Positions 1 to 9,712 of a DNA stretch of 64,000 bases are shown here, in pieces. The first letter of the stretch is position 1; every line of letters begins with the position of its first letter. The notes under the pieces are model-generated. The model saw only the letters and a program-made list of their open reading frames with translations. It was not told the origin of the DNA and ran no database searches. Source of the stretch: Limnochordia bacterium (GTDB lineage: Bacteria > Bacillota > Limnochordia > Darwinibacteriales > Darwinibacteriaceae); NCBI GenBank assembly GCA_050952265.1, contig JBMNKP010000004.1, positions 101,885 through 165,884 on the forward strand, written 5' to 3'. Made by a program: the position numbers and the translations under genes.

Positions 1-1
1 A

Positions 2-1210
2 GCCCTGGAATCAAGCGAACCTCTGCTGAAGGAGCTGGAAGACATAGACCCCCGGGCTGCTGGTCAGGCCCGTTATATCCAAAACCATGGAGCCTATCCT
101 GTTTACCGCCATCAGTACTCGAAGTTCTACCCCCTGGGGGATGTGGCGTTTCCCGACATGCTCAAGGAGCTGGAACAGGCCGAACGCTTCATCTTCCTGG
201 AATACTTCATCATTGAGGCTGGCACGATGTGGAACAGCATCCTAGACATCCTCATCCGCAAGGCCAAGGCTGGAGTGGACGTGCGCCTCATCTACGATGA
301 CTTCGGCTGCATCTTCCGCTTGCCCAAAGATTTCGTCCAGCAGATGGCCGCCCTGGGGATCAAGGTGCAGCGTTTCCATCCGATCAAGCCGATGCTGGCT
401 CCGATCATGAATTACCGGGATCACCGCAAGCTGATGATCATCGATGGGCACACGGGCTTCACTGGAGGCATCAACCTGGCCGATGAGTACATCAACGTGG
501 TGGAGAAATACGGGCATTGGAAGGACTCCGCTTTCCTGCTCAAAGGCGAGGCGGTGTGGTCCCTCACTGTCATGTTCCTGGCCATGTGGGAGTACCTCAG
601 CGGCCAGCCGGACAACTTGGACGATTTCAGGCCGCCTTTTCGGGAAGATCCCGTCCCGACGGGCGGCTTTGTCCAGCCTTTTGCAGACAACCCGCTGGAT
701 GATGAGACGGTGAGCGAGACTGTCTATATCAACGTCATCAACCGGGCGAAAGACTATGTGTACATCGACACGCCCTATCTCATCCTGGACAGCGAAATGC
801 TCACGGCCCTCTGCGCCGCAGCCAAGACCGGAGTCGATGTGCGCATAGCCACCCCTCATATTCCGGACAAGCCCTTGGTTCACGCTGTCACCCGCTCCTA
901 CTACCTTCCCCTGCTCCAGAGCGGGGTAAGGATTTTCGAGTACACTCCGGGATTTCTGCACACCAAAGCAGTGGTCGCCGACGATCAGGTGGCGGTAGTT
1001 GGGACTGTGAACCTCGATTACCGCAGTCTGTACATGGCCTTTGAGGATGCGGTGTGGCTCTACGGCACCGAAAGCGTGCTGCAGATCCGGGACGACTTCC
1101 TGGACACCCTCCGCCTCTGCCAGGAGGTGCGCCTTGCTGACTACGAGAATATCCCTGCTCTGCAGCGCGCGAAATGGTCCTTGCTCAGGCTTTTGGCCCC
1201 TATTTTATAA
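2..1210 (+). CDS. cls: Cardiolipin synthase (phospholipase D family), 5'-truncated by the window edge
   Basis: Two HKD motifs (DHRKLMIID..GGINLADEY; HTKAVVADD..GTVNLDYRS). The frame is open from position 2, upstream of the ORF-track start at 143. Confidence 0.93.
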   Translation, partial: ALESSEPLLKELEDIDPRAAGQARYIQNHGAYPVYRHQYSKFYPLGDVAFPDMLKELEQAERFIFLEYFIIEAGTMWNSILDILIRKAKAGVDVRLIYDDFGCIFRLPKDFVQQMAALGIKVQRFHPIKPMLAPIMNYRDHRKLMIIDGHTGFTGGINLADEYINVVEKYGHWKDSAFLLKGEAVWSLTVMFLAMWEYLSGQPDNLDDFRPPFREDPVPTGGFVQPFADNPLDDETVSETVYINVINRAKDYVYIDTPYLILDSEMLTALCAAAKTGVDVRIATPHIPDKPLVHAVTRSYYLPLLQSGVRIFEYTPGFLHTKAVVADDQVAVVGTVNLDYRSLYMAFEDAVWLYGTESVLQIRDDFLDTLRLCQEVRLADYENIPALQRAKWSLLRLLAPIL

Positions 1211-1275
1211 CCAACCCGAAAAGGATCATGCCGGTTTATGTCGAATAAGCTGCGTATATTCGCCAGGTACTGGGG

Positions 1276-3633
1276 GTGCGCACTGTGCCCAGCTGGAAGT
1301 TCGGCAAGATACGTGACCGCGTTCTGGCTCTCTTTGTGATCATCGTTCTAGGTCTCACGGCAACTGTCATGCTTATCTCAGGTGTGCTCACCCGCTCCCT
1401 AGTAACCGATCTGGTGGCGGAAAATGCACAAGCTCTGGCACATCACCAGAGCGAGATCCTCTCTCTGTGGCAGAGAGAGCGCATGACTTACCTGCGCCAG
1501 CTGGCCAATTCTGAGCTGCTGCAGACCATGGATTGGGAGCAGATCGAACCGTTTCTGCAGCAGCAGATGGCGGAAGCTCCCCCCTATTACTTGATCTTGT
1601 TTGTGGCCGCACCTGACGGCAGTTACAACACAACCCTCGAACGCAGCGCTGGCTTTGTCAGCGACCGAGAATACTTCGGCCGGGTCATGGCCGGCGAAAC
1701 TCTGATCACCGGCCCTCTTCTTTCCCGGTCTACTAATCAGCGCGTCATCATCGCGGCCACTCCTATCTGGAACGCGGATCGCACGACTGTCCAGGGCGTC
1801 CTCGGACTCTCCATGGATCTGGAAGAGCTGATGCGCGTTTCCCGGGAACTCCTCTTGTCCGACCAGCGTTCCCATTTCTACTTGATGGATGAAGATGGCT
1901 ACTTCATCATCCACCCCGACAGCGACATGATCATGAACGCTCGCGTACAAGATTTCGTGCCCGAATGGGACCAACTGCCCCGGGAGAGCGGATCCATATC
2001 TGGCGAGGAGAACGGCGAGGGTTATCGGGCATTCTACCAGAAGCTGCCCGATCCCAGCAACTGGACGGTAGCAGTGAAAGTACCAGTCTCCTACTTCACC
2101 GGACCCGTGAACAGGTTGATCCTGCTGTTACTGGTGGCAGCTATCGTCGGTTTTGTGCTTGTGTTCTGGCTCGGCTCCTGGTTCGCTTCCACCATAACCC
2201 GGCCCATCGTGGAACTCAATAATGTCTTCCGGCGCGGTGCCGCAGGCGATCTCACCGTGCGCGCGGAAGTTACGACGAAGGACGAAATAGGCGAAACCGG
2301 TCAGGCCTTTAACCGGATGATGGAGACCATAGGTACCATGACCTTCTACGATCCCCTGACTGGGCTGCCCAACCGTCAGCACTTCATCACCAGCTTGACT
2401 AATGCCCTCGAGAGCGCAAGCACGGTCATCCTTGCCCTGGTCTCGATCCGGGATCTTCCCGAGATCAAGACATTCGTCGACCGGCCAATTCTTGACGCTC
2501 TGCTCGTCCATCTAGCTGGGAGACTTCAGTCAATCAGTACCGAGCAACTGGTTACGGGCCGGCTTTCCGAAGGAGAATTCGGCCTGATCATCCCCTCCAA
2601 CACGAACTCGGTCCTGCAGGTTATCGACAGGCTGGATCAGCTCGTGGCCAAGCCCCTTTCCTTTGACGAAAAGAGGCTCACCGTGCGGCTCTGTGGAGGG
2701 ATAAGCATCAGTGTGGATCGAAATCTGAGTGCCGATCTGCTCTATCAGCAGGCCCAGGCAGCCCTCTATGAAGCTGAGCACAGCGGCGATGAACCGCTGA
2801 AACTCTACAACCCCAGTGTCCACCATGCGCTGGTGGAACGGATGCGTTTTCAGACGGAGATCCGGACTGGACTTGAGCAGGGGCAGTTCACCGTCTACTA
2901 CCAACCTGTTGTCGATCTGCAGACGGGTAGGATCGCCGGCAAGGAGGCCCTGATCCGCTGGAACCATCCTACACGGGGCCTGCTCAATCCCAGCCAATTT
3001 TTGCCTGCTGTGGAGCAGGGGGGCTTGGTTGAACAGATCGGGGAGTTCATGCTTGACCAGGTATGCGCTCAGCACGAACAGTGGGTGAAAGCCGGTTTTG
3101 ACCCTGGATGGGTGTCGGTGAACGTTTCGGCTCACCACTTCCGCTCGCCCCATTTTCCCGCCCAGCTGCAGTCAATCCTCAAGCGCTACGAGCTTCCGAA
3201 GGGGCTGCTGCGCATCGAAATCACTGAGGAGGCCATGCTCAAACCGACTCCCGAAGTCCTTGAAAACTTCCAGAGCCTGCGAGAAATGGGCATATACATC
3301 GCCATCGATGATTTTGGGACAGCCTACTCCTCCCTGCATTACCTCGCTCGCTACCCCATGCAGGCTCTGAAAATCGACAAGGAGTTCATCGATCGTGTCG
3401 ATAAGAGCTCCCGCATGGCGGGGCTCGTGCGTTCCATCATCGGCATGGGCATCAACCTATCCATGGAGGTTGTGGCGGAAGGCGTTGAGCGCCAGAACCA
3501 GCTGGAGCTGCTTCAGCACATGGGCTGCCGAGAAGCCCAGGGTTACCTGTTCAGCATGCCCGTGCCCTGGCAGGATTATCTGGAGGTGCAGCGCGGTCTG
3601 GCCGGGCGGTTGGCCAGTCTCCTTCCGGTCTAA
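1276..3633 (+). CDS. Membrane c-di-GMP phosphodiesterase: Cache-type sensor + HAMP + degenerate GGDEF + EAL
   Basis: Two TM segments flank an extracellular domain; HAMP (ITRPIVEL..GDLT..DEIGE); YDPLTGLPNR; GGDEF replaced by SEGEF; intact EAL motifs (EAL, NVS, EITE, DDFGTAYSS, KID, EGVE, QGY). Confidence 0.9.
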   Translation: MRTVPSWKFGKIRDRVLALFVIIVLGLTATVMLISGVLTRSLVTDLVAENAQALAHHQSEILSLWQRERMTYLRQLANSELLQTMDWEQIEPFLQQQMAEAPPYYLILFVAAPDGSYNTTLERSAGFVSDREYFGRVMAGETLITGPLLSRSTNQRVIIAATPIWNADRTTVQGVLGLSMDLEELMRVSRELLLSDQRSHFYLMDEDGYFIIHPDSDMIMNARVQDFVPEWDQLPRESGSISGEENGEGYRAFYQKLPDPSNWTVAVKVPVSYFTGPVNRLILLLLVAAIVGFVLVFWLGSWFASTITRPIVELNNVFRRGAAGDLTVRAEVTTKDEIGETGQAFNRMMETIGTMTFYDPLTGLPNRQHFITSLTNALESASTVILALVSIRDLPEIKTFVDRPILDALLVHLAGRLQSISTEQLVTGRLSEGEFGLIIPSNTNSVLQVIDRLDQLVAKPLSFDEKRLTVRLCGGISISVDRNLSADLLYQQAQAALYEAEHSGDEPLKLYNPSVHHALVERMRFQTEIRTGLEQGQFTVYYQPVVDLQTGRIAGKEALIRWNHPTRGLLNPSQFLPAVEQGGLVEQIGEFMLDQVCAQHEQWVKAGFDPGWVSVNVSAHHFRSPHFPAQLQSILKRYELPKGLLRIEITEEAMLKPTPEVLENFQSLREMGIYIAIDDFGTAYSSLHYLARYPMQALKIDKEFIDRVDKSSRMAGLVRSIIGMGINLSMEVVAEGVERQNQLELLQHMGCREAQGYLFSMPVPWQDYLEVQRGLAGRLASLLPV

Positions 3634-3677
3634 AGGCACCTTTCCCCTGTGCTCTGACCGTCAAGAATACTCGCGTT

Positions 3678-3711
3678 AAGGGCCTGCCAAAACGGCAGGC
3701 CCTTCTTTTTT
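3678..3711 (+). terminator. Rho-independent terminator
   Basis: Inverted repeat aagggcctgcc-aaaac-ggcaggccctt followed by a T-run, between convergent genes. Confidence 0.8.
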
Positions 3712-3720
3712 CCACTAAGC

Positions 3721-5190
3721 TTACAGGAACGTCTCGGCAAAATGGTAGAGCAGGCGCACGCCCACGCCAGTGGCGCCCTGCACCATGTATTCCCTGTCCT
3801 TCTCCGCAAAGGCAGTCCCCGCGATGTCCAGATGCAGCCAGGGCCTATCCTGAACGAACTCCCCGACAAACAGGCCGGCAGTTATGGTCCCCGCATCCCT
3901 TCCGCCTACATTGCGCAGGTCGGCGTAGGGTGTCTTGTTCTGTTCCCTGTACTCGGGGAAGGAAGGCAGCCGCCAGACCCTTTCCCCGCTCTTCGCAGAG
4001 GCCAGCTCAAGCCGCTGATAGAGCTCGTCGTCGTTTGTGACAACTCCTGTGGCGGCATGGCCAAGAGCGACGATCACCGCCCCTGTGAGGGTCGCCACAT
4101 CCACCACGAGCGAGGCCTTTTCTTTGGTGATGGTGTAGTGGACGGCATCGGCTAAGGTGAGCCTGCCTTCCGCATCGGTGGTCTCTACAAAAACGCTCTT
4201 CCCCGCCATGGTACCGATCACATCGCCAGGACGGTACCCGCGACCGGACACCAGGTTTTCACAGGCAGCCACCACGGCCACCACGTTAAGGCGCAGCCGT
4301 TCCCTGGCAAGAGCGCTGATGGCTCCAATAACAGAAGCGGCGCCTGCCATATCGAAGAACATCATCTCCATGCCCTTGGCCTGCTTAAGGGATAGGCCGC
4401 CGCTGTCGAAGGTCAGCCCCTTCCCCACAAGGCCGAGCACCCGGTCGGGCTGTTCGGGATCACCCAGGTACCGCATGGTGATCAACCTGGGACCGTTGAC
4501 ACTGGCCCTTCCCACGGCAAGGAAGGCCTCCATGCCCAAGGCCGCGATCCCATCTTCGGCCAGAACCTCCACCTCAAAACCGTACTTCTCCCCCGCCTTC
4601 TTGGCCTCGGCGGCCAGGCGCTCTGGGGTCATCACATTGGCCGGCTCGTTGACCAGATCCCGGGCCAGATTGGTCGTTTCCCCCAAGGTCTGGCCGAGCT
4701 TCAGCGCGGAGAGCACTTCCTTTTCGTGCTCTGGCGAAAAGCCGATCTGCAGTGAGCGCACAGAACACGGCTTCTTCTCAGCGAGATACCGGTCGAAGCG
4801 GTAAGACGCCAGCAGGAAGGCTTCGGTCACTGCCCGGGCAGCTTCACCTGTGGACAGCCTCCCGCAGGTCCAGGGCGCAATTGTCAGGGTCTCGATCTTC
4901 TGCTTGGCTGCCTCTTTCAACCCGGCTCCAAAGGACCGGCGCACCTTCTCAAGGGTCAGCTCCTCGGCCTTACCCATGCCTGCCGCGATTGCTCTCCGCG
5001 GTCTGCCGGCTCCTTCAGAAAGATACACGCACGAAGCCGTTTCCCCAAGCTTTCCGGTAAACCCCTGTGCTTCGAGCAGCTGCTTCAGGACGGGCTGCGG
5101 CCAGGCGTACTCCTTACAATCCTCTTCTGTCAGCATGAGCAGCAGATCGTCTGCCGCTTCGGTGCTGAACTTGACAGCACGTACTTCCAC
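3721..5190 (-). CDS. pepA: Leucyl aminopeptidase (M17 family)
   Basis: VGKGLTFDSGGLSLK, DMAGAA and TDAEGRL metal-binding/catalytic motifs. Confidence 0.95.
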   Translation of the reverse strand: MEVRAVKFSTEAADDLLLMLTEEDCKEYAWPQPVLKQLLEAQGFTGKLGETASCVYLSEGAGRPRRAIAAGMGKAEELTLEKVRRSFGAGLKEAAKQKIETLTIAPWTCGRLSTGEAARAVTEAFLLASYRFDRYLAEKKPCSVRSLQIGFSPEHEKEVLSALKLGQTLGETTNLARDLVNEPANVMTPERLAAEAKKAGEKYGFEVEVLAEDGIAALGMEAFLAVGRASVNGPRLITMRYLGDPEQPDRVLGLVGKGLTFDSGGLSLKQAKGMEMMFFDMAGAASVIGAISALARERLRLNVVAVVAACENLVSGRGYRPGDVIGTMAGKSVFVETTDAEGRLTLADAVHYTITKEKASLVVDVATLTGAVIVALGHAATGVVTNDDELYQRLELASAKSGERVWRLPSFPEYREQNKTPYADLRNVGGRDAGTITAGLFVGEFVQDRPWLHLDIAGTAFAEKDREYMVQGATGVGVRLLYHFAETFL

Positions 5191-5246
5191 TTGTCTTCCT
5201 CTTTTCTCCGTAATTTCCCTGAACGCGAAGGCGTCGCCTTCGAGAA

Positions 5247-6518
5247 TCAGTCAACATCAAAGAGTTCCAGTTTGCTTTTGGCTGCCACAGCGTTGCTGTC
5301 CCCGTGGCGCACCTGGCTCATGGTGATGAAAGCCAGGATCGAGAAGAAGGTGGCATAGGGGAACAGGGTCCAGTAGCCGACGTGCTCCATGAAGAATCCC
5401 GAAACGATGGGCGTGAGGATCTGGGCGGACATGGAGGCGGTGTAGTAGTAACCCGTATACTTACCGATATCCGCACCCTTGGCCATCTCCACCACCATGG
5501 GGTAGGAGTTGACGTTGATCGCTGCCCAGGCAAACCCGATGATAACGATCAGCGCGTTGAACAGCGGGTTAATGGTCTTGAAGAAAGAAGCAGCCAAAAG
5601 GCAGAGTCCCAAGACGGTGATCCCCGCGAGGATGGTCTTCCGCCGGCCGATCTTGCCGGCGATCATCCCTGCCGGGATAAAGGCGATGATCGCTGCCACC
5701 GTAGCCAGCATGAGGCTGTCGGCAAAGCGCCCGCCAACCATTCCTAGATAATCCTGTGCATATTTGGAAAAGGCGGTGGTTACCGCGTTGTAGGCGAAGA
5801 ACCAGAGGAAAATGGAGGCCAGGATCAACCGGAAACTGCGCTGAACCGCAGGATCCATGGACCGGCCCTTCTGAGTCCCCTCCTCAGTCCCTTTCTCATC
5901 CTGTTCATAGGTGCGCATCTCGGAAGCGATCTTTTTTTCCTTGACAGTGAGGAAGAGTACCGCCACCGCTACTGCCATGAAGGCCGCTGTGCCCGCGAAA
6001 ACGGGCAGGTAGTTCGGCTTTTCCGAATGCACAAGAAGCCTGATCAAAACCAAGGAGAAGACCCCGCCGACCGCACCCATCAAGTTGATAATCCCGTTGG
6101 CCTGAGAACGGAGAGGCTTGGGAGTCACATCGGGCATGAGGGCTACCGCCGGAGAACGGTAGGTACTCATCGCCACGAGGGCGACCATCAGCGAAGCAAA
6201 GAAGAGGACGAAGTTGGCGGCATTGTCCGCCAGAGGAATGCCGACCATCGCGAGGACAGCCACGGCCGTACCGCCCAGGATAAACGGCATGCGCTTGCCG
6301 ATCTTCGTGTCCACCCGGTCAGAAAGGGCACCGAACAGCGGCAGCATGAACAAGGCCAAGACGTTGTCCAGGGCCATGATCGCCCCCGATAGGGTGTCAC
6401 CGACTCCAAAGGTGCGTTTCAAGATCAGGGGAATGATGCTGTCGTACATCTGCCAGAAAGCGGAAATAGACATGAAAGCTAAGCCGATAAAGAACGTCCT
6501 GCGGTAGTTCAGCTTCAA
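5247..6518 (-). CDS. MFS transporter, GPH/maltose-sucrose-like
   Basis: About 12 hydrophobic segments and the GALSDRVDTKIGKRMPF loop motif. Start placed at TTG 6518 behind GGGAGGAG rather than the ORF-track start. Confidence 0.85.
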   Translation of the reverse strand: MKLNYRRTFFIGLAFMSISAFWQMYDSIIPLILKRTFGVGDTLSGAIMALDNVLALFMLPLFGALSDRVDTKIGKRMPFILGGTAVAVLAMVGIPLADNAANFVLFFASLMVALVAMSTYRSPAVALMPDVTPKPLRSQANGIINLMGAVGGVFSLVLIRLLVHSEKPNYLPVFAGTAAFMAVAVAVLFLTVKEKKIASEMRTYEQDEKGTEEGTQKGRSMDPAVQRSFRLILASIFLWFFAYNAVTTAFSKYAQDYLGMVGGRFADSLMLATVAAIIAFIPAGMIAGKIGRRKTILAGITVLGLCLLAASFFKTINPLFNALIVIIGFAWAAINVNSYPMVVEMAKGADIGKYTGYYYTASMSAQILTPIVSGFFMEHVGYWTLFPYATFFSILAFITMSQVRHGDSNAVAAKSKLELFDVD

Positions 6519-6683
6519 CGCGCAAGCTCCTCCCATGTGGTGATATGACCGTTTTCTTTTTCTCTTTTTTCTCCACACCAAGCCGATTCCCTGCCTGTGG
6601 AAATCGGCCAAAACGGGAGAAGGGTTATGCCCATGCAAGTAGAAATCAGTAATCGATCCCATTACAGAAGGAGGCGGTGGATC

Positions 6684-7400
6684 ATGAAGGAATTTGGCCC
6701 GGGCTGCCAGCGTCCCAAAGGACAGCCTAGACCCGTCGTGGAAACCGAAGTGGTTCAGGAAGTCAAGAAGGGAGACGAACGGAAGATGATCCAGGTCGGC
6801 AAGCCGGCGCCGCTGTTCAGCGCGCCCGCGTTTTACCAAGGCAAGTTCGTGGAGGTGGATCTGGAGGAATTCAAGGGCAACTGGATGATGCTCTGCTTCT
6901 ACCCAGGTGACTTCACCTTCGTCTGAGCAACGGAAGTCTCAGCAGTTGCTGAGAAATACCCTGAGTTCGCCGAGTTGGGAGTGAAGGTCTTTTCCATCAG
7001 TGTGGACAGCGTCTATGTTCACAAGATGTGGAACGATCACGAGTTGAGCAAGATGCTGGACGGGAAAGACATCCCCTTCCCCATGCTGTCAGATCAAAAC
7101 GGCAATATCGGCCGGCTCTACGGTGTGTACGATGAGGAGTCCGGCGCAGAGACCCGCGGACGTTTTCTCATTGACCCCGACGGCATCGTACAAGCCTTCG
7201 AAGTAATGACACCGCCAGTGGGACGCAATGTTCAGGAAACCCTCAGACAGATCAGAGCCTTCCAGTACGTGCGGGAGCACAAGGGTACCGAAGTAACCCC
7301 AGCGGGATGGCGCCCTGGCAACCCGACCTTAAAACCAGGACCGGGACTGGTAGGCAATGTTTGGAAAGAGTGGAACCCTAAGCAGAATCTGAAGGACTGA
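6684..7400 (+). CDS. prxU: Selenocysteine-containing AhpC/TSA peroxiredoxin (PrxU-like); in-frame UGA at 6924-6926
   Basis: ORFs 6597..6926 and 6975..7400 share one frame. The TGA sits exactly at the peroxidatic Cys position (FYPGDFTFV-U-ATE), and a hairpin follows 10 nt later. RBS AGGAGG precedes ATG 6684; an alternative start is 6786. Confidence 0.92.
6924..6954 (+). promoter_or_regulatory. Bacterial SECIS-like stem-loop
   Basis: UGA-GCAACGGAAG-TCTCAGC-AGTT-GCTGAGA: a perfect 7-bp stem with a G-containing loop 17 nt after the UGA. Confidence 0.75.
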
Positions 7401-7466
7401 GGAAAAGAACGGATAACAGCCAGGAAGATGGGCATAGTAGCAGAAGAAGATGCGGCTTAAGGAGAG

Positions 7467-8615
7467 TTGATCTTGGGCAGCACTGTGCTCATCTTGGGAG
7501 GAGGTACGGCGGGAGTTGCCGCCGCCAACCTGCTGGCTGACGTTCTGCCCCCAGGCAACGAGGTGATATTGGTGGACCGCAGCCCGGTCCACCTTTTTTT
7601 CGCGGCCCTGCCCCTCCTGCTGGTGGGACGCCGCCGGCGGGAACAGCTCACCCGCCCACTTGCCAATTTCCGAGAACGGGGCATCCAGTTCCTTCAAACG
7701 GAGGTCGAGGGGCTTGATCTCCACAGCCGGACGGTCTTCACCCGGGCAGGGGGGCTTCCCTATGACTGCTTGCTGGTTGCCCTCGGCGCTGAGCGGTCGG
7801 CAAGCCGCATCCCCGGTCAGCATTGGGCGTTTGACCCGTACAATCTAGATGAAGCTGAGCAGTGCCGGGAAAGGCTTTTCCGTTTCCCAGGAGGACGCAT
7901 CGTGCTGTTCGTCGCCAGCCTGCCCTTTACTGGTACGGTGGCCCCATATGAGATCGTTCTTCTCCTCCACGACTACTTCCGCAGGATGGACCGCAGGCGT
8001 CAAATAGAGATCGTGCTCATCACACCGGAGGAGCGCCCCTTCAGCTTCGCCCCGCCAGAAGTGAGCCGTTCCGTCCAGGAGCTCTTAGACGATGCTGGGA
8101 TCCGCCTGGTCCTGGAGGATCGCGTTCAGCAGATCACAAAGGCCGGCGAAATCCTTACCGAACAGCATGTGCTCACGGCAGACCTGATCCTGGGCATTCC
8201 AGACCATCAGGCGCCCTCTTTCCTGCGGAACTCACCTCTGGCAGGACCAGAGGGCTGGCTGGAAGCGGATCCCCACACCCTGGAAACGCGCTTTGCCGAT
8301 GTCTACGCCCTGGGCGATGTTACGGGGCTGAGAACGCCAAACGGCCACTGGCTGCCTAAGGTTGGTTTCTTCGCCCACTACCAGGCGGAGGTAGCCGCCC
8401 GTAACCTGGCTCTAAAACTGAGCGGTAAGGATCCTGACTTCAGATTCCGCGGCGGTGCTGCCGGAGCGTCCATGTTCACAGGTCTCGGAATGGGCTGCTT
8501 CGTTTCCATCGGAGCCTACAGCGATCCCGTGGTCATGAACGTGTCCCGCCCCAACCGCCTGGCCTACCTTGTCAAGGCTCTTTTCGAGAAGTACTGGCTG
8601 ACCGCCTGGTTCTAA
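7467..8615 (+). CDS. FAD-dependent oxidoreductase, sulfide:quinone oxidoreductase/FCSD-like family
   Basis: N-terminal GGGTAG Rossmann motif, YDxLLVALG, APYE, VYALGD and PKxG..AHYQAEVAARN. Confidence 0.8.
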   Translation: MILGSTVLILGGGTAGVAAANLLADVLPPGNEVILVDRSPVHLFFAALPLLLVGRRRREQLTRPLANFRERGIQFLQTEVEGLDLHSRTVFTRAGGLPYDCLLVALGAERSASRIPGQHWAFDPYNLDEAEQCRERLFRFPGGRIVLFVASLPFTGTVAPYEIVLLLHDYFRRMDRRRQIEIVLITPEERPFSFAPPEVSRSVQELLDDAGIRLVLEDRVQQITKAGEILTEQHVLTADLILGIPDHQAPSFLRNSPLAGPEGWLEADPHTLETRFADVYALGDVTGLRTPNGHWLPKVGFFAHYQAEVAARNLALKLSGKDPDFRFRGGAAGASMFTGLGMGCFVSIGAYSDPVVMNVSRPNRLAYLVKALFEKYWLTAWF

Positions 8616-8654
8616 TTGACCAGGCGGTTCACTTTTTTCCTAGAATTAACTTTT

Positions 8655-8698
8655 GATAATGAGAATCACTTGCACATCTTTCTGCTCCATGCTATACT
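8655..8698 (+). promoter_or_regulatory. Sigma-A promoter of sod overlapped by a Fur/PerR-like box
   Basis: TTGCAC-N17-TATACT (8670-8698). GATAATGAGAATCACTTGC (8655-8673) matches the Fur consensus at 15 of 19 positions. Confidence 0.65.
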
Positions 8699-8750
8699 GA
8701 AGACAAATAAATCCTTACCGATTAAGTTAGGATTGCAAGGAGTGGATAAG

Positions 8751-9368
8751 ATGTTCGAGCAGATCAAACTGAGCTACGACTTCGCCGCCCTGGAACCTCA
8801 CATTGACGAACTGACCATGCAGACTCACTACGGCAAGCATCACGCTGCCTATACCAATAACCTGAACAGCGCCCTGGAGAAGCTGCCCGGTCTTGCGGGC
8901 AAAAGCATTGAAGACATCCTGCAAAACCTCGAAGCAATAGACGACCCCGCACTCAGAACAACTGTACGCAACAACGGTGGAGGCTACTACAACCACAATC
9001 TATACTTTGATATCCTCAGTCCCCAAGGCGGGCAGCCTCCCCAGGGAAAACTTGCCGAACAGATTGAAGCTGATTTCGGCTCGCTGGAAGAGCTTGTCAA
9101 GAAACTGACTGCGACTGCTGCATCCGTGTTCGGTTCCGGCTGGGCCTGGCTGTCCAAAGACCCCTCCGGAAAACTGGTAGTAACCAGTACGCCCAATCAG
9201 GACAATCCCCTCATGACGCACGGTGGCCAGCTGACCCCCATTCTGGGCATCGATGTGTGGGAACACGCCTACTACCTCAAGTACAAGAACATGCGCGCCG
9301 ACTACCTCAAGGAAATCTTCAAGGTTATCGACTGGAACAAGGTTGCACAACGATACACCGAGGCGTAG
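8751..9368 (+). CDS. sodA: Superoxide dismutase, Mn-type signature
   Basis: HYGKHH, NGGGYYNH, TPNQD and DVWEHAYY; RBS-supported ATG at 8751. Confidence 0.95.
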   Translation: MFEQIKLSYDFAALEPHIDELTMQTHYGKHHAAYTNNLNSALEKLPGLAGKSIEDILQNLEAIDDPALRTTVRNNGGGYYNHNLYFDILSPQGGQPPQGKLAEQIEADFGSLEELVKKLTATAASVFGSGWAWLSKDPSGKLVVTSTPNQDNPLMTHGGQLTPILGIDVWEHAYYLKYKNMRADYLKEIFKVIDWNKVAQRYTEA

Positions 9369-9392
9369 GCCCGGCTAACCGAACACTGTTTG

Positions 9393-9424
9393 AGGTGCTG
9401 AACACCCGTTCAGCACCTTTTTTT
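9393..9424 (+). terminator. Rho-independent terminator after sod
   Basis: aggtgctgaac-accc-gttcagcacct followed by a T-run. Confidence 0.85.
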
Positions 9425-9500
9425 GATCCAAAATAGGAAGTCGAAGCCAATTCCGTTTTCCTGCCCCTGAATACTATATCCCAAGAAAGGGGGGTGTACA

Positions 9501-9707
9501 TTGGGGAACCTGTTTTCCACCAGCAGGGGCGCGGGTACGTGGGAGAACCCGGTGTCTGACCTGCTCCCGGCTTTCATGGAAGCCATCCCTCTGCTGTCCT
9601 CAATCCTAAAGCCATCCGAGGATGGCTCGCCGCCGCTCCTGTCTCTGCTCCAGCGGCTGGCGACAGCCGTGCCGGGGTTAGAAGGGGTAGAAAAAGCAAA
9701 GGAGTGA
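9501..9707 (+). CDS. Small hypothetical protein (68 aa)
   Basis: TTG start behind AAGGGGGG; first of three closely spaced small ORFs. Confidence 0.55.
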   Translation: MGNLFSTSRGAGTWENPVSDLLPAFMEAIPLLSSILKPSEDGSPPLLSLLQRLATAVPGLEGVEKAKE

Positions 9708-9712
9708 AGAAA

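Noticed and set aside
6519-6839. N-terminal extension of the MFS ORF in the track
   Set aside because: Overlaps the divergent prx leader; the real start is the RBS-supported TTG at 6518.
6975-7400. Separate 141-aa peroxiredoxin ORF, or a pseudogene call
   Set aside because: Better explained as the 3' part of the UGA-recoded selenoprotein.
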